Assembly (NCBI GenBank): GCA_001600695.1
Contig: BCKQ01000019.1
Coordinates: 46,278-86,833, forward strand
DNA from: Ascoidea asiatica JCM 7603
Lineage: Eukaryota > Fungi > Ascomycota
Direction of reading: 5' to 3'
Length of the DNA stretch: 40,556 bases
In this document: piece by piece, positions 1 to 11,470 of the stretch
Position numbering within the stretch: the first letter of the stretch is position 1
Layout: each line of letters starts with the position of its first letter
The notes under the pieces: generated by a model
The model's input: the letters and a program-made list of their open reading frames with translations, nothing else
The model's database searches: none
Told to the model about the DNA's origin: nothing
Translations under genes and position numbers: made by a program

Positions 1-220
1 TTGTTGAAGTTAAAAAACAAATGAATATAAAAAAATATAATTTTCTTAAACCTTTATCTTTATACCAACAAACTTTTGGAAATCTTTGACCTGCAATTTC
101 AAAAGTTATTTTTTTAACTTCCGGATCTACATAATCTACTTCATTATCATTATAATTATCATTATCATTATCTTTTTCTGCAATTAAATCAGGCTTCTCA
201 TCATTTAAAGAATTTGCCAT
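1..220 (-). CDS. 5' part of an MFS sugar porter, Lac12/cellodextrin-transporter (CDT/HXT2.x)-like; runs off the left edge
   Basis: Manual translation from ATG at 220: MANSLNDEKPDLIAEKDNDNDNYNDNEVDYVDPEVKKITFEIAGQRFPKVCWYKDKGLRKLYFFIFICFLTST. The 'FPKVxWYKDxGLRKLY' + TM1 start is typical of this fungal porter clade. Absent from the ORF track. Confidence 0.8.
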   Translation of the reverse strand, partial: MANSLNDEKPDLIAEKDNDNDNYNDNEVDYVDPEVKKITFEIAGQRFPKVCWYKDKGLRKLYFFIFICFLTST

Positions 221-991
221 TTTGTATTAGTGTTTTTTTTTTTTTTGTTCTTAATAATTTTAAATTATTAAATTATTAAATTATTAAATTATTTTATTAT
301 ATTTGAACTGAAAAATATAAAAGGAAAGTAAAAAAAGAAAAGGTGAATTATGTATATACTTAAAAAAAGAGGAAAATTGTTTTTATTTATATTGAATTCG
401 TATTCGATAATTATTCAAATCAATTTTAAATTAGTCTCATTTCATTAAATTTCAATTTTTTACCATTTCCATATTTGATAATGCATACTTTTTTTTGTTT
501 AAATTTTTTTTGTCAATTCAATGACGTCTTAGTTCCAAAGACTAGTGAAAAATCAAGCATTTTGAAATACTAAAATTGTTTTATTTAACCTTATAATAAA
601 AAAAAAAGAGATATAGTATTTCAAAAATATTTTAAGTGGAATATAATTAAACCGATAATATATTTAGAAATGGAATAACTGATAGCTTGGAAACAAGCCA
701 AGAAATGGATAAATGTTTTCTAAAAAAAAAAAAAACGTATGGAAAAATAAACGAATAAGAGAATGAATGAATGAATAAATGAATGAATAAATGAATGAAT
801 AGATGCATGCATGCAATAATTACCAAATTATTGACAAGTTAGTGACAAAAACAAAAAGACAACAAAAAAAAAGTATGTCTGGCTGAGACGAAATGAAATG
901 AAACGAATGAAATTGTCTGCCGAAGTTACCCATTGAAGCAGCTTTAAGTGACAGCCATGGAGGTGTGGAGTGACTGAAGTGACTTGAGAGC

Positions 992-1052
992 CTGGAGTAT
1001 TTCTGGAGTATTTCTGGAGTATTTCTGGAGTATCTCTGGAGTATCTCTGGGG
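992..1052 (+). repeat. 11-bp tandem repeat (CTGGAGTATYT)x5 + CTGGGG; each unit matches the Mig1/CreA site SYGGRG
   Basis: Units start at 992, 1003, 1014, 1025, 1036 and 1047, about 770-830 bp upstream of the porter ATG. Confidence 0.85.
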
Positions 1053-2500
1053 TAAAGATAAAATAAAGGGAAAATTAAAGGGCTGAATGATAAAGGAAAG
1101 AAATCAGCATTTCATATATCTGGGAGCAGAGAAAGCGAATAAGGCAAATATATTATATTTGGTCGTTTAAAGCCACTGAAAGTGCGAGTTGAAACAGTTT
1201 GGGTGTTTTTCTCCGGCACGCTTTATTTTGTTTGTGCTTTTTGGTGAGTGAGGCAGCAGAGCAAACAGCAAACCTGCAATAAAAGAGGGATTCTCATGGC
1301 AGAATATTGATATCTTTACAAACAGAGAATTAGAGATTATTGTTACTTTGATATTTATTGAATTAAAGTGATTAAAAAAAGTAAAAATAGGTCTAGAAAT
1401 ATGAAGAGGAGGTGGTTAAGCGAGAGTCCCCGTAATAACAGTCAAAGGAACTGATTATGAGACCATTTTTGTGCTTTAATCGAATAAATGCACCTGGCTT
1501 TAGCTCAAGAAGAGGTGCACTTTATCATGACATTCATTTATTATAACCATATCTTTTACATATTCTGTAACGTTAACAACTCTCTCTTCAGAGCAAAAAA
1601 TGCAATACTATGAGAAGCTAATCTGTCTGTCTCAGTCTTTGCTAATTCCGATGAATAGACTAATTCAATGTCTTTAGAAAGAAGCTTTTTTAAAGCAATT
1701 ATGAATAACTATCAAATACAAGCATTCATTAATATGAACTGAAAAGAAATGTTAGTTTTTGAATTCATCTGAGAATAAAATTATGGTCCAGATAATAGAA
1801 ATTGAAATTTATAAGATAGAATTATTCAGACTAAAACTAAAATAAAATTTGCAAATCAGAAATAAAAAAGTATCCACAAGAACGTTTGTTCACAACAGTC
1901 GGAAGAACGAAAGTTATAATTTTTAAAAAATCATCATTTAGTTTTGTTTTTTTTTAAATTTCATTTCAGTTGTCATTTCTATTTCCACTTCATTTCTAAA
2001 TTCTACTTCCACTCTGGATCTACTTCCACTTGTAAATATATTCACTTACCATTAATTATACCATTAATTATACCATTGATTATATCATTGAATCAAATCA
2101 AATCATACTATTATTATTCTATTACAATCAATCTCAATTATCATTGAAGAATAAATAAATTAGAATAAAAATAAATAATAATCTTCTTCTGTTCTCTGTT
2201 TACACCTGTTTTTATATTTTCATTTTCTGTTTCTTTTTTTCATTTTCTACTGTTTTTCAACGTGGTTTTTAAAAGCAGGGCTCTGGAATAAAATTGAAAA
2301 AAAGATTCCCATAAAAGTGGTCTCATTTTCATTTTTTATCAAAAAGTTTCACTTAAATTGAATTAAAATCATTTAAAATCATTTAAAATCAATTAAGATA
2401 AGATAATCTACTGGAGGAAATGAAATATTTCATTCTTTACTACATTTCTTTTCTTTTTTTTTTACTTCTTTTCTTAAAAAAATGTATTTGAATATTCTAT

Positions 2501-5359
2501 TTAAACCATTGTATAAGTGGAATATGGATCTTTAGAAACCGCTATATATTTATAAATTTCATCTCCAATAAATACTGTTGATCCAAGAAAAAAAATGAAA
2601 ATTATATCCTTTAATGATAATGCTTCTGTTTGAAATATACCTTGAAATAATGGTAAATATATAATTGATAATCCTGCTATTATTACACATAATACTGCAA
2701 TATTAAAATATTTATTATTAAAAAATCCTATTTGAAAAATAGATTTTTTACCATTTTTACATCCTAATGCATTCCATAAATCAAAACAAACAAATGCTGC
2801 AAATGTCATTGTTGTATCTCTTCTAGTTATTTGATTATCTCGAATTTCTCTTGCATAAACATAAAGTGTACCAATAACACTTATACCACCTTTTAACATA
2901 ACTCTTTGTAAAACTTGTTTTGTTAATATACTATCATTTCTTTTTCTTGGTGGTAAATTCATTATATCTTTATCAACTTTTTCAACTCCTAATGATTGTG
3001 CTGGTGGTCCATCCATAATAATATTAATAAATAATATCATCATTGCATTTAATGGATTTGGTAAATTTAAAAATGTTGTAATGGCAATTAATCCTAATGC
3101 TGCAACTGATGTTGATAATTGAAAACAAAGAAAATTTTGTATATTAAAAAAAATTCCTTTACCTTCTTCAATTGCTGTTAAAATTGTATTAAAATCATCA
3201 TTAACTAAAACCATATCTGCTGCTTCTTTTGCAACATCTGTACCATTTTGTCCCATTGCAATTCCAATATCTGCTAATTTTAATGCTGGTGCATCATTAA
3301 CTCCATCTCCTGTCATTCCAACAATATCTCCTCTTCTTTGTAATGCTTTAACAATTTTAACTTTATGAGCTGGTGTTGTTCTTGCAAATACTGAAACATG
3401 ATCAATTATTGAAACTAATTGATCTTCTGGCATACTTTCTAGTTTATCTCCTGATAAAATAGAATGTTCTGGATCTATTAATGGCATTCCAATTTGTTTT
3501 GCAATATTATAAGCTGTAGTTTCACTATCTCCTGTAATCATAATAACATGAACTCCACCTCTAATGAATTTTGATAATGCACTACTGACTCCAACTTTTG
3601 GAGGATCATTCATACCAATTAATCCAACAAATGTTAAATTACTAAAATTTTCTACATCATCTCCATTATTATTATTTTTTTCTGATCTTTCAAAACCATT
3701 ATTTCTTTCTGCAAATGCTAAAATTCTTAAACCATCACTTGCTAAAGTTTTTGCCATTTTATGAACTAAATTAATATGTTCTTTATTTAATGGTTTTTTA
3801 GTTCCATCTTTATTTAAATAAGATGATGACATTTTAATAATTTTTTCAACTGCACCTTTAACAAAAGTTTCTGAAGATTTTTCTTTATTACCTGAATGTA
3901 CTGCAACTGCCATAAATTTTCTATTTGAATTAAAAGATAATTCATTATATTTTTCTCTTGTATTTCTAATATCATCTAAATTAAATTTTTCTAAAACTTC
4001 TAATAATGCAATATCTGTTGGATTACCAACAAATTTCTGACTTTCATTAGAAAATTTAGAATTATTACAAATATTACCAACTTTTAAAATTTCCTCAATA
4101 TCAGTTCTTATTTTTTTATTATTACTGTTATTTTGATTATGACTATTATTATTATTATTACTATTAATATTACTATGATTACCAATATTATAATTATTGA
4201 GATCCATATAATCATTATTCATATCTAATGACCAAATCTTGGTTACAGTCATATGATTTTGAGTTAAAGTACCAGTTTTATCAGAACATAAAACATTTAC
4301 ACAACCTAAAGTTTCAACACTTGTTAATTTTCTAACAATTGCCTTTTGAGAAGCCATTCTTAAGACTCCTAAAGCTAAAGTAACAGTAACAATAATTGGC
4401 AAACCTTCAGGTATAGCAGCCACACCCAAAGAAACAGAAATTTGAAACATATCTAACCAAGATTTACCTTGTAATATACCAATTAAACAAATTATTCCGA
4501 TTACTATAAATGAATAAAGTGATAAATTTTTACCTAAATTATCCATTGTTACTTGTAATGGAGTTTTTGGTTTTTCAATATCACCCATTAAACCAAAAAT
4601 ATGACCAAAGATTGTATTTGAACCAGTACCAATAACAATTCCAGAACCATGACCTTCTCTTACTAAAGTTCCCATATAAGCAATTGAAGATCTTTCAGTT
4701 ATCGGTACAGGAACATTTGAATTTGAATTAATTTGAATATTATTTTTTAAAGTTGGTTTTGTTTCACCAGTTAAATTACTTTCATCAATTGATAAATCAG
4801 TTGAATTAATAATTCTTAAATCAGCAGGAATTCTATCACCTTGATTAAAATGAACTAAATCACCGGGAACTAAACTTGAAGCTAATAAAGTTAAATTTTG
4901 ACCATTTCTAGTTAAATGACAATGAGGAGGTACTAATTGATTTAATTTTTCTAAAGATTTTTCAGATCTATATTCTTGAATAAAACCCACAGTAACAACA
5001 ATAATTATGGCCATTGAAATACTTATAGCATCATCTAAATTACCCATTAAAAAACTTATAACTGCAGAAAATATTAATAATAAAATTAATTTATCTTCAT
5101 AAAATTGTTGAAAAAATTTTATATATAAAGGATCATCTTCTTTTGAACTTAATTCATTTAAACCATGAATTGATCTTAAATAAGTTATATCTTGTGGATT
5201 TGATAACCCATTTTTTGAATCAGTATTAAAGATTTTTATTGTTTCTTGAAGTGATTTTGAACAAAATATTGCACATGGTAAAGAAATATTTGATGGAGAA
5301 GCAGATCTTGAATAAGATGGAGGAAACTTTTCAGTTGATAAATATGGATTATCAGCCAT
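2501..5359 (-). CDS. PMR1: Golgi Ca2+/Mn2+ P-type ATPase (type IIA, SPCA)
   Basis: 952 aa with DKTGTLT phosphorylation motif, TGE actuator motif, AIPEGLP, GDGVNDAPALK and MDGPPAQSLGVE. Confidence 0.96.
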   Translation of the reverse strand: MADNPYLSTEKFPPSYSRSASPSNISLPCAIFCSKSLQETIKIFNTDSKNGLSNPQDITYLRSIHGLNELSSKEDDPLYIKFFQQFYEDKLILLLIFSAVISFLMGNLDDAISISMAIIIVVTVGFIQEYRSEKSLEKLNQLVPPHCHLTRNGQNLTLLASSLVPGDLVHFNQGDRIPADLRIINSTDLSIDESNLTGETKPTLKNNIQINSNSNVPVPITERSSIAYMGTLVREGHGSGIVIGTGSNTIFGHIFGLMGDIEKPKTPLQVTMDNLGKNLSLYSFIVIGIICLIGILQGKSWLDMFQISVSLGVAAIPEGLPIIVTVTLALGVLRMASQKAIVRKLTSVETLGCVNVLCSDKTGTLTQNHMTVTKIWSLDMNNDYMDLNNYNIGNHSNINSNNNNNSHNQNNSNNKKIRTDIEEILKVGNICNNSKFSNESQKFVGNPTDIALLEVLEKFNLDDIRNTREKYNELSFNSNRKFMAVAVHSGNKEKSSETFVKGAVEKIIKMSSSYLNKDGTKKPLNKEHINLVHKMAKTLASDGLRILAFAERNNGFERSEKNNNNGDDVENFSNLTFVGLIGMNDPPKVGVSSALSKFIRGGVHVIMITGDSETTAYNIAKQIGMPLIDPEHSILSGDKLESMPEDQLVSIIDHVSVFARTTPAHKVKIVKALQRRGDIVGMTGDGVNDAPALKLADIGIAMGQNGTDVAKEAADMVLVNDDFNTILTAIEEGKGIFFNIQNFLCFQLSTSVAALGLIAITTFLNLPNPLNAMMILFINIIMDGPPAQSLGVEKVDKDIMNLPPRKRNDSILTKQVLQRVMLKGGISVIGTLYVYAREIRDNQITRRDTTMTFAAFVCFDLWNALGCKNGKKSIFQIGFFNNKYFNIAVLCVIIAGLSIIYLPLFQGIFQTEALSLKDIIFIFFLGSTVFIGDEIYKYIAVSKDPYSTYTMV

Positions 5360-6144
5360 TTGACTATTATATTATGTTTCTATATGAATATGGATAAATG
5401 AATATTGTAAATGTATTTTATTATTGATATAAAAAATTAATGGGCAGTTTAGAAAAGAATAGTAACGAGACCCAAATGAAGATTTTGATGGGAGAGTGAA
5501 AACGGAAAATAAAGATGTTTATGCTTCCAAGATAAATTGTTTAATTGATTAGTTAATTATTTAGTTATTTGAAAGTTTCATAATTTCATATCTTCATATT
5601 TCCATGATTTTTTTTTTTTATTTCATAATTTCATTTATTTCCATAGGGAAATCATTCAAAGATTTAATGTTTTTGGTGGAATCTTAAGCTTAAGATTTGT
5701 GAAGTCGAAAAAATGGTGAAGATTTGTAAAGATTTGTGTTACGTATTAAAATTGGACGCGAGCAGCGAGCGCCGAAAAACAGCGTGGAAGCCGGCCGAGG
5801 AAGGCTGAGGAAGGCGGTGCAGGGCTGGAGCTGCTTGTTTAGTACATTAAAGAGGCAAATTGGATGGCATGTTAAAGAGGCTAGTAAATTTGGAAGAAGT
5901 TCCACAATTGTGGTCCCAAACAAAAAGTACCACATGTGGTCTCCAATAAAAATTCCATAATTCGGTGTTTTAGAAGGAACACCTTTATTATGGTCTCAAT
6001 TAGAAAATTATATTTTTCACATATAATTATATTTTTCATTTCAAGTAACATTTTATAATTTATTTATTTATTCATTGATTTATACAAAAAAGAAGTAAAA
6101 AAGGAAAAGAAAATTGAAGATAACATATTGTACTGTAGTGAATA

Positions 6145-9027
6145 TTACATGATATTTGCCAAATGAATTTGTCTTCTAGGTCCCTCTCCTACAATATAAA
6201 GTTTATTTTCTTGAACTAATCTTCTTAAAATATCATTAAGGTCAATATTTTCAACTTTTTCTTGAGATTGTTCATTGATTCTTTTAAATAATTCATTATA
6301 TCCAATATTATTGTTATTTCTATTACTATTACCACCTGAAAGAATTTTAATAACTTCTTTACCTAAATCTTCCTTCATTTTTCTTTGATATGATGATTGT
6401 CCAGTTTGAACTAAATCCATATCAATTCTACCTGTTATTGGATCAGTTGCATAATCTTTTAATGCACTTTTCATTAATCTTACAGCTTCTTGAACATCTT
6501 CCATTTCAACTTTATCCGATAATCTCATTTTTGCATGAGCTTCACTTAATCTAATTAATGATTCTAATTGTCTTGTGGTAGCAGTAATTCTTTTTTCTGA
6601 ACTTCTAACATCTTCACCTAATTTTCTCATTTCAACATATGATCTAACTAATTCATCTTTTGCATCTTCTTGAATTATTGGTTCAAAATTTTGTTTTGCA
6701 TATCCAATATATAATGTTAAAAATTCAACTGGTAAAATTTCTAATTCTGATCCATTTGTTGGTCTATCTTCTAAATACATATTTGTAATATGTGTAGCTA
6801 ATTCAATATCAACTCTTGAATCAATTTTATCTAAAATTAAATAAACTAAATCAAATCTTGATAATAATGGTGGTGGTAAATCAATATTTTGTGTAACTGG
6901 TAAATCTGGATTATATCTTGATCCAATTGGATTTGCTGATGCTAATATTGATGTTCTTGCATTTAATGTAGTTATAATTCCTGCTTTTGCAATTGAAATT
7001 GTCTGTTGTTCCATAACTTCATGTAATACTGATCTTGTATTATCTGACATTTTGTCAAATTCATCAATACAACAAATTCCACCATCTGATAAAACTAAAG
7101 CTCCACTTTCTAATACTAATTGTCTTGTATCAACATCTCTTGTAACATATGCTGTTAAACCAACTGCTGATGATCCTTTACCTGATGTATAAACACCTCT
7201 TGGAGCAATTTTATGAACATATTGTAAAATTTGTGATTTTGATGTTGATGGATCTCCACATAATAAAATATTTATATCTCCTCTATATTTACCACCTTTT
7301 GATAAAACTTTATTAGTACCACCAAATAATTGTAATAATATACCTTTTTTAACATCATCCATTTCAAAAATTGAAGGTGCAATACTTCTTGATAATAAAT
7401 TATATAAATCTACTCTTTTTGAAATTTCTTTAATTTTTTCAATTTCTTCTTCAGAAATTTTTCTTGAATTTTCAATATTATCTTGTTGTTGTTCATTAAT
7501 TTCACTATCTAAATTTGAATCAATTGTTAAACGTTTTTTATCGATTTTTTTAATATGAACAACATCAATATATGTTTTAAATAATTTTTTTAATTGTCTT
7601 TGTTTTTGATTAACTCTAACAGGTATTGATCTAAATATACCAGAAACTTGAATTCTATCACCAGCTCTACATGAATCAACTAATTCATCATAAACACATA
7701 ATGAAACTGAATGTGGTGTTTGTCCTGCAGGTACTAAATCTGGAGTTTCTTGTAATTTTATAACTTGTTTATCAGCAAATGAACATCTATTATGAATAAT
7801 TTCCATTGAACCAGTTTTATTACATGAAGTTCTTGGACATCTTGTTGGTTCGGAAATTATACCTCTATCAATTTCAATTTGTGTTGAATGATTACAAATA
7901 TTACATTTAAAAAATGCAATTTTCATATCTGGAATTATTGGAGTTGATCTAATAACTAAACCTTTAATTGTAACTAATTTATCAATATCAGTTGGATTTA
8001 ATTCTCTTAAACCATGATTTGAATCAATATTAAAAGGTCTAACTTTATAATTATTTGTTTCAATTAATTCTACATTAAAATTTGGATTATTTTCAGTTGT
8101 TAAATTTATAATTGTATCTTTAATTGTTTGATCCATTATTGGTATAACTTCTTGAGGATAATTTTGTAATTGATAAAATAATTTTTTACAATTTGGAAAA
8201 GATAATAAATTTTTCATATCAAGATTTAAATTAATTAAATTTTTTTCATTCATTTCATTTAAAAGATTAACATAATATAATTCATTATCAACATCATGAT
8301 CAATATCTTCATTATCTAGAATTTTTCTATACTTAAATTTAAATTGTAATAAAAAATTTCTAAAATTATTTGAACAATCTTGAATTGAAACATTTGTACC
8401 CCAAATAACTCTAATTGGTTCATTATCATTATCATTTTCATTATTTGAAATTTGAGAAGGTTGATTATCATCAATATCAATGTCATTTAAATTACTTGAA
8501 ATATTTAAATTTGAAGTAGGATTATTATTATTTCTTGATTTCCGACTCGAAGATTCAGTAAAGTATCTTCTTCTATTTTTGGGTGAGGAGGAAATTTCAT
8601 TCAAATCACCTCTTATACGATTATTACGACGTAATCTTTCTCTTGCAGCATCAGTTGCTAAATCAGAACCGAAATTTGAAGTTCTTGAATTAAGATTAGA
8701 ATTATTAAAAGGATCAGAATTATAAACAGAAGATGTGAAATTAACTGGAGAGGAAATATTTGCATTGGAAGGAATATTTGGAGTTTTATAAGTACCTATA
8801 TCAGAAGGCATTCCATGACCTATTGAAGATGAAGAAGGCATAAATAATGGAGATGAAGGCACAGCTGGATTATTATGTCTTGATGGTAATTGAGTTTGTG
8901 ACTGAGATTGGGATTGTGATTGAGATTGGGATTGAGATTCATCATTTTGGTCATCTGCTGGAAATGGAGAACTTGTTAAATTATGATTATCATTATTACT
9001 ATTATTATTGTTGTTATTTGACGACAT
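6145..9027 (-). CDS. MCM4: MCM replicative helicase subunit 4
   Basis: 960 aa with Ser/Pro-rich N-tail, 'IWGTNVSI', C4 zinc finger (CNIC...CPRTSC), Walker A GDPSTSKS, Walker B IDEFDKM and SRFD arginine finger. Confidence 0.97.
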   Translation of the reverse strand: MSSNNNNNNSNNDNHNLTSSPFPADDQNDESQSQSQSQSQSQSQTQLPSRHNNPAVPSSPLFMPSSSSIGHGMPSDIGTYKTPNIPSNANISSPVNFTSSVYNSDPFNNSNLNSRTSNFGSDLATDAARERLRRNNRIRGDLNEISSSPKNRRRYFTESSSRKSRNNNNPTSNLNISSNLNDIDIDDNQPSQISNNENDNDNEPIRVIWGTNVSIQDCSNNFRNFLLQFKFKYRKILDNEDIDHDVDNELYYVNLLNEMNEKNLINLNLDMKNLLSFPNCKKLFYQLQNYPQEVIPIMDQTIKDTIINLTTENNPNFNVELIETNNYKVRPFNIDSNHGLRELNPTDIDKLVTIKGLVIRSTPIIPDMKIAFFKCNICNHSTQIEIDRGIISEPTRCPRTSCNKTGSMEIIHNRCSFADKQVIKLQETPDLVPAGQTPHSVSLCVYDELVDSCRAGDRIQVSGIFRSIPVRVNQKQRQLKKLFKTYIDVVHIKKIDKKRLTIDSNLDSEINEQQQDNIENSRKISEEEIEKIKEISKRVDLYNLLSRSIAPSIFEMDDVKKGILLQLFGGTNKVLSKGGKYRGDINILLCGDPSTSKSQILQYVHKIAPRGVYTSGKGSSAVGLTAYVTRDVDTRQLVLESGALVLSDGGICCIDEFDKMSDNTRSVLHEVMEQQTISIAKAGIITTLNARTSILASANPIGSRYNPDLPVTQNIDLPPPLLSRFDLVYLILDKIDSRVDIELATHITNMYLEDRPTNGSELEILPVEFLTLYIGYAKQNFEPIIQEDAKDELVRSYVEMRKLGEDVRSSEKRITATTRQLESLIRLSEAHAKMRLSDKVEMEDVQEAVRLMKSALKDYATDPITGRIDMDLVQTGQSSYQRKMKEDLGKEVIKILSGGNSNRNNNNIGYNELFKRINEQSQEKVENIDLNDILRRLVQENKLYIVGEGPRRQIHLANIM

Positions 9028-9322
9028 ATTCGAATGTTGATGGTATTATAAAGACAATTATCTGAATGATTATCTGAGTCTTGTGTTGAATGAAGGAAGA
9101 ATAAATAAGTAAGAGAATAGAATAAAAAAATATGGTAATCAAATCAAAATTTGATCTTAGATAATATATTATATTGTAATTGCAAATAACTCTAGTTGAA
9201 ATAAATATGAATAAAATATATTGAGTTTATCACTTCAAAAGCGAAAAGATTCAAAGTTTCAAAGCTGAAACACGAAAACGAAAGAAGTAAAAGAAATTCA
9301 AAAAACTAGAAAATTAAAATCG

Positions 9323-9328
9323 ACGCGT
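9323..9328. promoter_or_regulatory. MCB element (ACGCGT) upstream of MCM4; SCB-like CACGAAA at 9271-9277
   Basis: Exact MBF hexamer about 300 bp upstream of a replication gene, in CpG-poor DNA. Confidence 0.55.
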
Positions 9329-9944
9329 TTTTAAAAAAAGTCAAAAAATTCCACTTTTCGCGACCGCAGCTAAACACACTCAGGTACGTTTAGTTACACC
9401 GACCCATTTTCTTGGTAGAGGCCGATTTTGTGGGTTTTATTTTGGTCGCCATATTTCTGGGTCTTATTTTTGCGGAGACTTTTCCAGATTCTAGACAAAT
9501 CTATTTTATGAGTGTTTTTGCTTTGATACGAATAATCACATAAAATTTAGCTTTAGCAGTGTTTTTGTATTACTTTTTAGTTTACAAGCATATTTAATCA
9601 TTGGTAATTGTGATGATATTATGATAGTTTTATTATTGTTATTAATAAAAGATTATTAATTGAGCAATGAATAAAAATTACTATGTAGTTTAGCACCCTT
9701 TTCTTATTCAGCATTAATCAGCTTTTAATGTAATATGATAATTGAACCCACAATTTGAATCTCAAGTTATAATTATTTCTCATATATAAATAAACATACT
9801 TTTCTATATTATGAGAATTTGAACATCTTATAACCTTACTTTATTAATTACACAATTAATTCATAACTCATTGTAAAACATAATAATAATTAACTTTCAA
9901 TAGCTCTATTCCATACTTTATAACACTCTAACTTTGTACAAAAA

Positions 9945-10922
9945 ATGACTTCAGTTTTAGAACAATTGAAAAAAGTTACTACAGTTGTAGCAGATACAGG
10001 AGATTTTGATTCAATTGCAAAATATCAACCTGAAGATTCAACTACCAATCCATCTTTACTTTTAACAGCTGCAAAAAAAAAAGAATATTCTCATTTAATT
10101 GATAATTCAATTAATTATGCTAAAAAATATTCTGCAAAAAATTCTACATTAGATGAAAAAGCTTCAATTGCTTTAGATAGATTATTAGTTGAATTTGGTA
10201 ATGAAATTTTAAAAATTGTTCCAGGTAGAGTTTCAACTGAAGTTGATGCAAGATTATCTTTCAATAAAGATGAAACTATTAAAAAAGCTGTTCATATTAT
10301 TAATTTATATAAAACTTTTAATATTGATAAAGATAGAATTTTAATTAAAATTGCTTCAACTTGGGAAGGTATTCAAGCTGCAAAAGAATTGGAATTAAAA
10401 CATGGTATTCATTGTAATTTAACTTTATTATTTTCTTTTACTCAAGCTGTTGCATGTGCTGAAGCTAATGTTACTTTAATTTCTCCATTTGTTGGTAGAA
10501 TTTTGGATTGGTATAAAGCTAAAACTGGTGAAACTTATTCAAATTCAAATGAAGATCCTGGTGTTTTATCTGTCAAAAAAATTTATAAATATTATAAAAA
10601 ATTTAATTATAAAACTGTTGTAATGGGTGCATCTTTTAGAAATTCTGGTGAAATTAAAGCTTTATCTGGTATAGATTATTTAACAATTTCTCCAAAATTA
10701 TTAGAAGAATTATTTAATTCAAATGAAGATTTACCTATAGCTTTAAATAAAGATATTGCAAAAGATTCAAATGAACAAAAAATTTCTTATATTAATGATG
10801 AATCTGGTTTCAGATTTGCTCTAAATGAAGATACAATGGCAACTGAAAAATTATCTGAAGGTATTAGAAATTTTGCTGCTGATACAATAACTTTATTAGA
10901 TTTTCTCAAATCTAAATTTTAA
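9945..10922 (+). CDS. TAL1: Transaldolase
   Basis: [38 protein letters not shown] (Schiff-base Lys), [16 protein letters not shown] and VMGASFR. Confidence 0.97.
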   Translation: MTSVLEQLKKVTTVVADTGDFDSIAKYQPEDSTTNPSLLLTAAKKKEYSHLIDNSINYAKKYSAKNSTLDEKASIALDRLLVEFGNEILKIVPGRVSTEVDARLSFNKDETIKKAVHIINLYKTFNIDKDRILIKIASTWEGIQAAKELELKHGIHCNLTLLFSFTQAVACAEANVTLISPFVGRILDWYKAKTGETYSNSNEDPGVLSVKKIYKYYKKFNYKTVVMGASFRNSGEIKALSGIDYLTISPKLLEELFNSNEDLPIALNKDIAKDSNEQKISYINDESGFRFALNEDTMATEKLSEGIRNFAADTITLLDFLKSKF

Positions 10923-11470
10923 TAATCAACCAATATAAATGTTAAATAGTATCACATATATTATTCTTATTATTATTACTATACTTTTATATTTCATTAT
11001 TATTATACTATTAACAAATTTATTTATTTTTGTAATTAAAAATATATTGCCGAATAACCGATAGCCTAATTTCATAATACCGGGTCTAATGCACGTACAC
11101 ATAATAATGCATATTTGAAACTCAGGCTTGTGGATCCGAAAAAAACTATCCACGGAATAATTTATCCGAGAACCCGAAGTAATATAAAGAAAATATATGA
11201 AAAATATATGAAAAATATATGAAAAAATATGAAAAAACATGAAAAAACATATTGTGAATAATGAAAATGTAATGAAGCAAATTGAAATGAAACAAAATGA
11301 AATGAATTAAAAAAAAATGAAAAAATGAGAAAATGAGAGAGCAATATTAGAAAAATAGAACTAGCAATAAGTTTATGTGATCTAGCTCACTTTACTTACG
11401 TTTGTACTGTCTTGTATAACTATTTACAATATTTTATACGGAAGATTTTAAGACAATTTTCTGATAATTT

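Noticed and set aside
992-1052. Tandem repeat as CRISPR or telomeric array
   Set aside because: No spacers, eukaryotic context, short and internal; better explained as a promoter minisatellite.
1944-2147. 67-aa track ORF
   Set aside because: TTG start, made of low-complexity intergenic repeats (TACCATTAATTA x3), no domain.
1457-2326. 14-bp imperfect inverted repeat ATGAGACCATTTTT / AAAAGTGGTCTCAT as possible MITE ends
   Set aside because: No target-site duplication, no extension of the repeat, and GGTCTC words recur elsewhere.
5690-5960. Overlapping 81-aa and 74-aa ORFs
   Set aside because: By-products of a GC-rich promoter island; codon usage unlike host genes.
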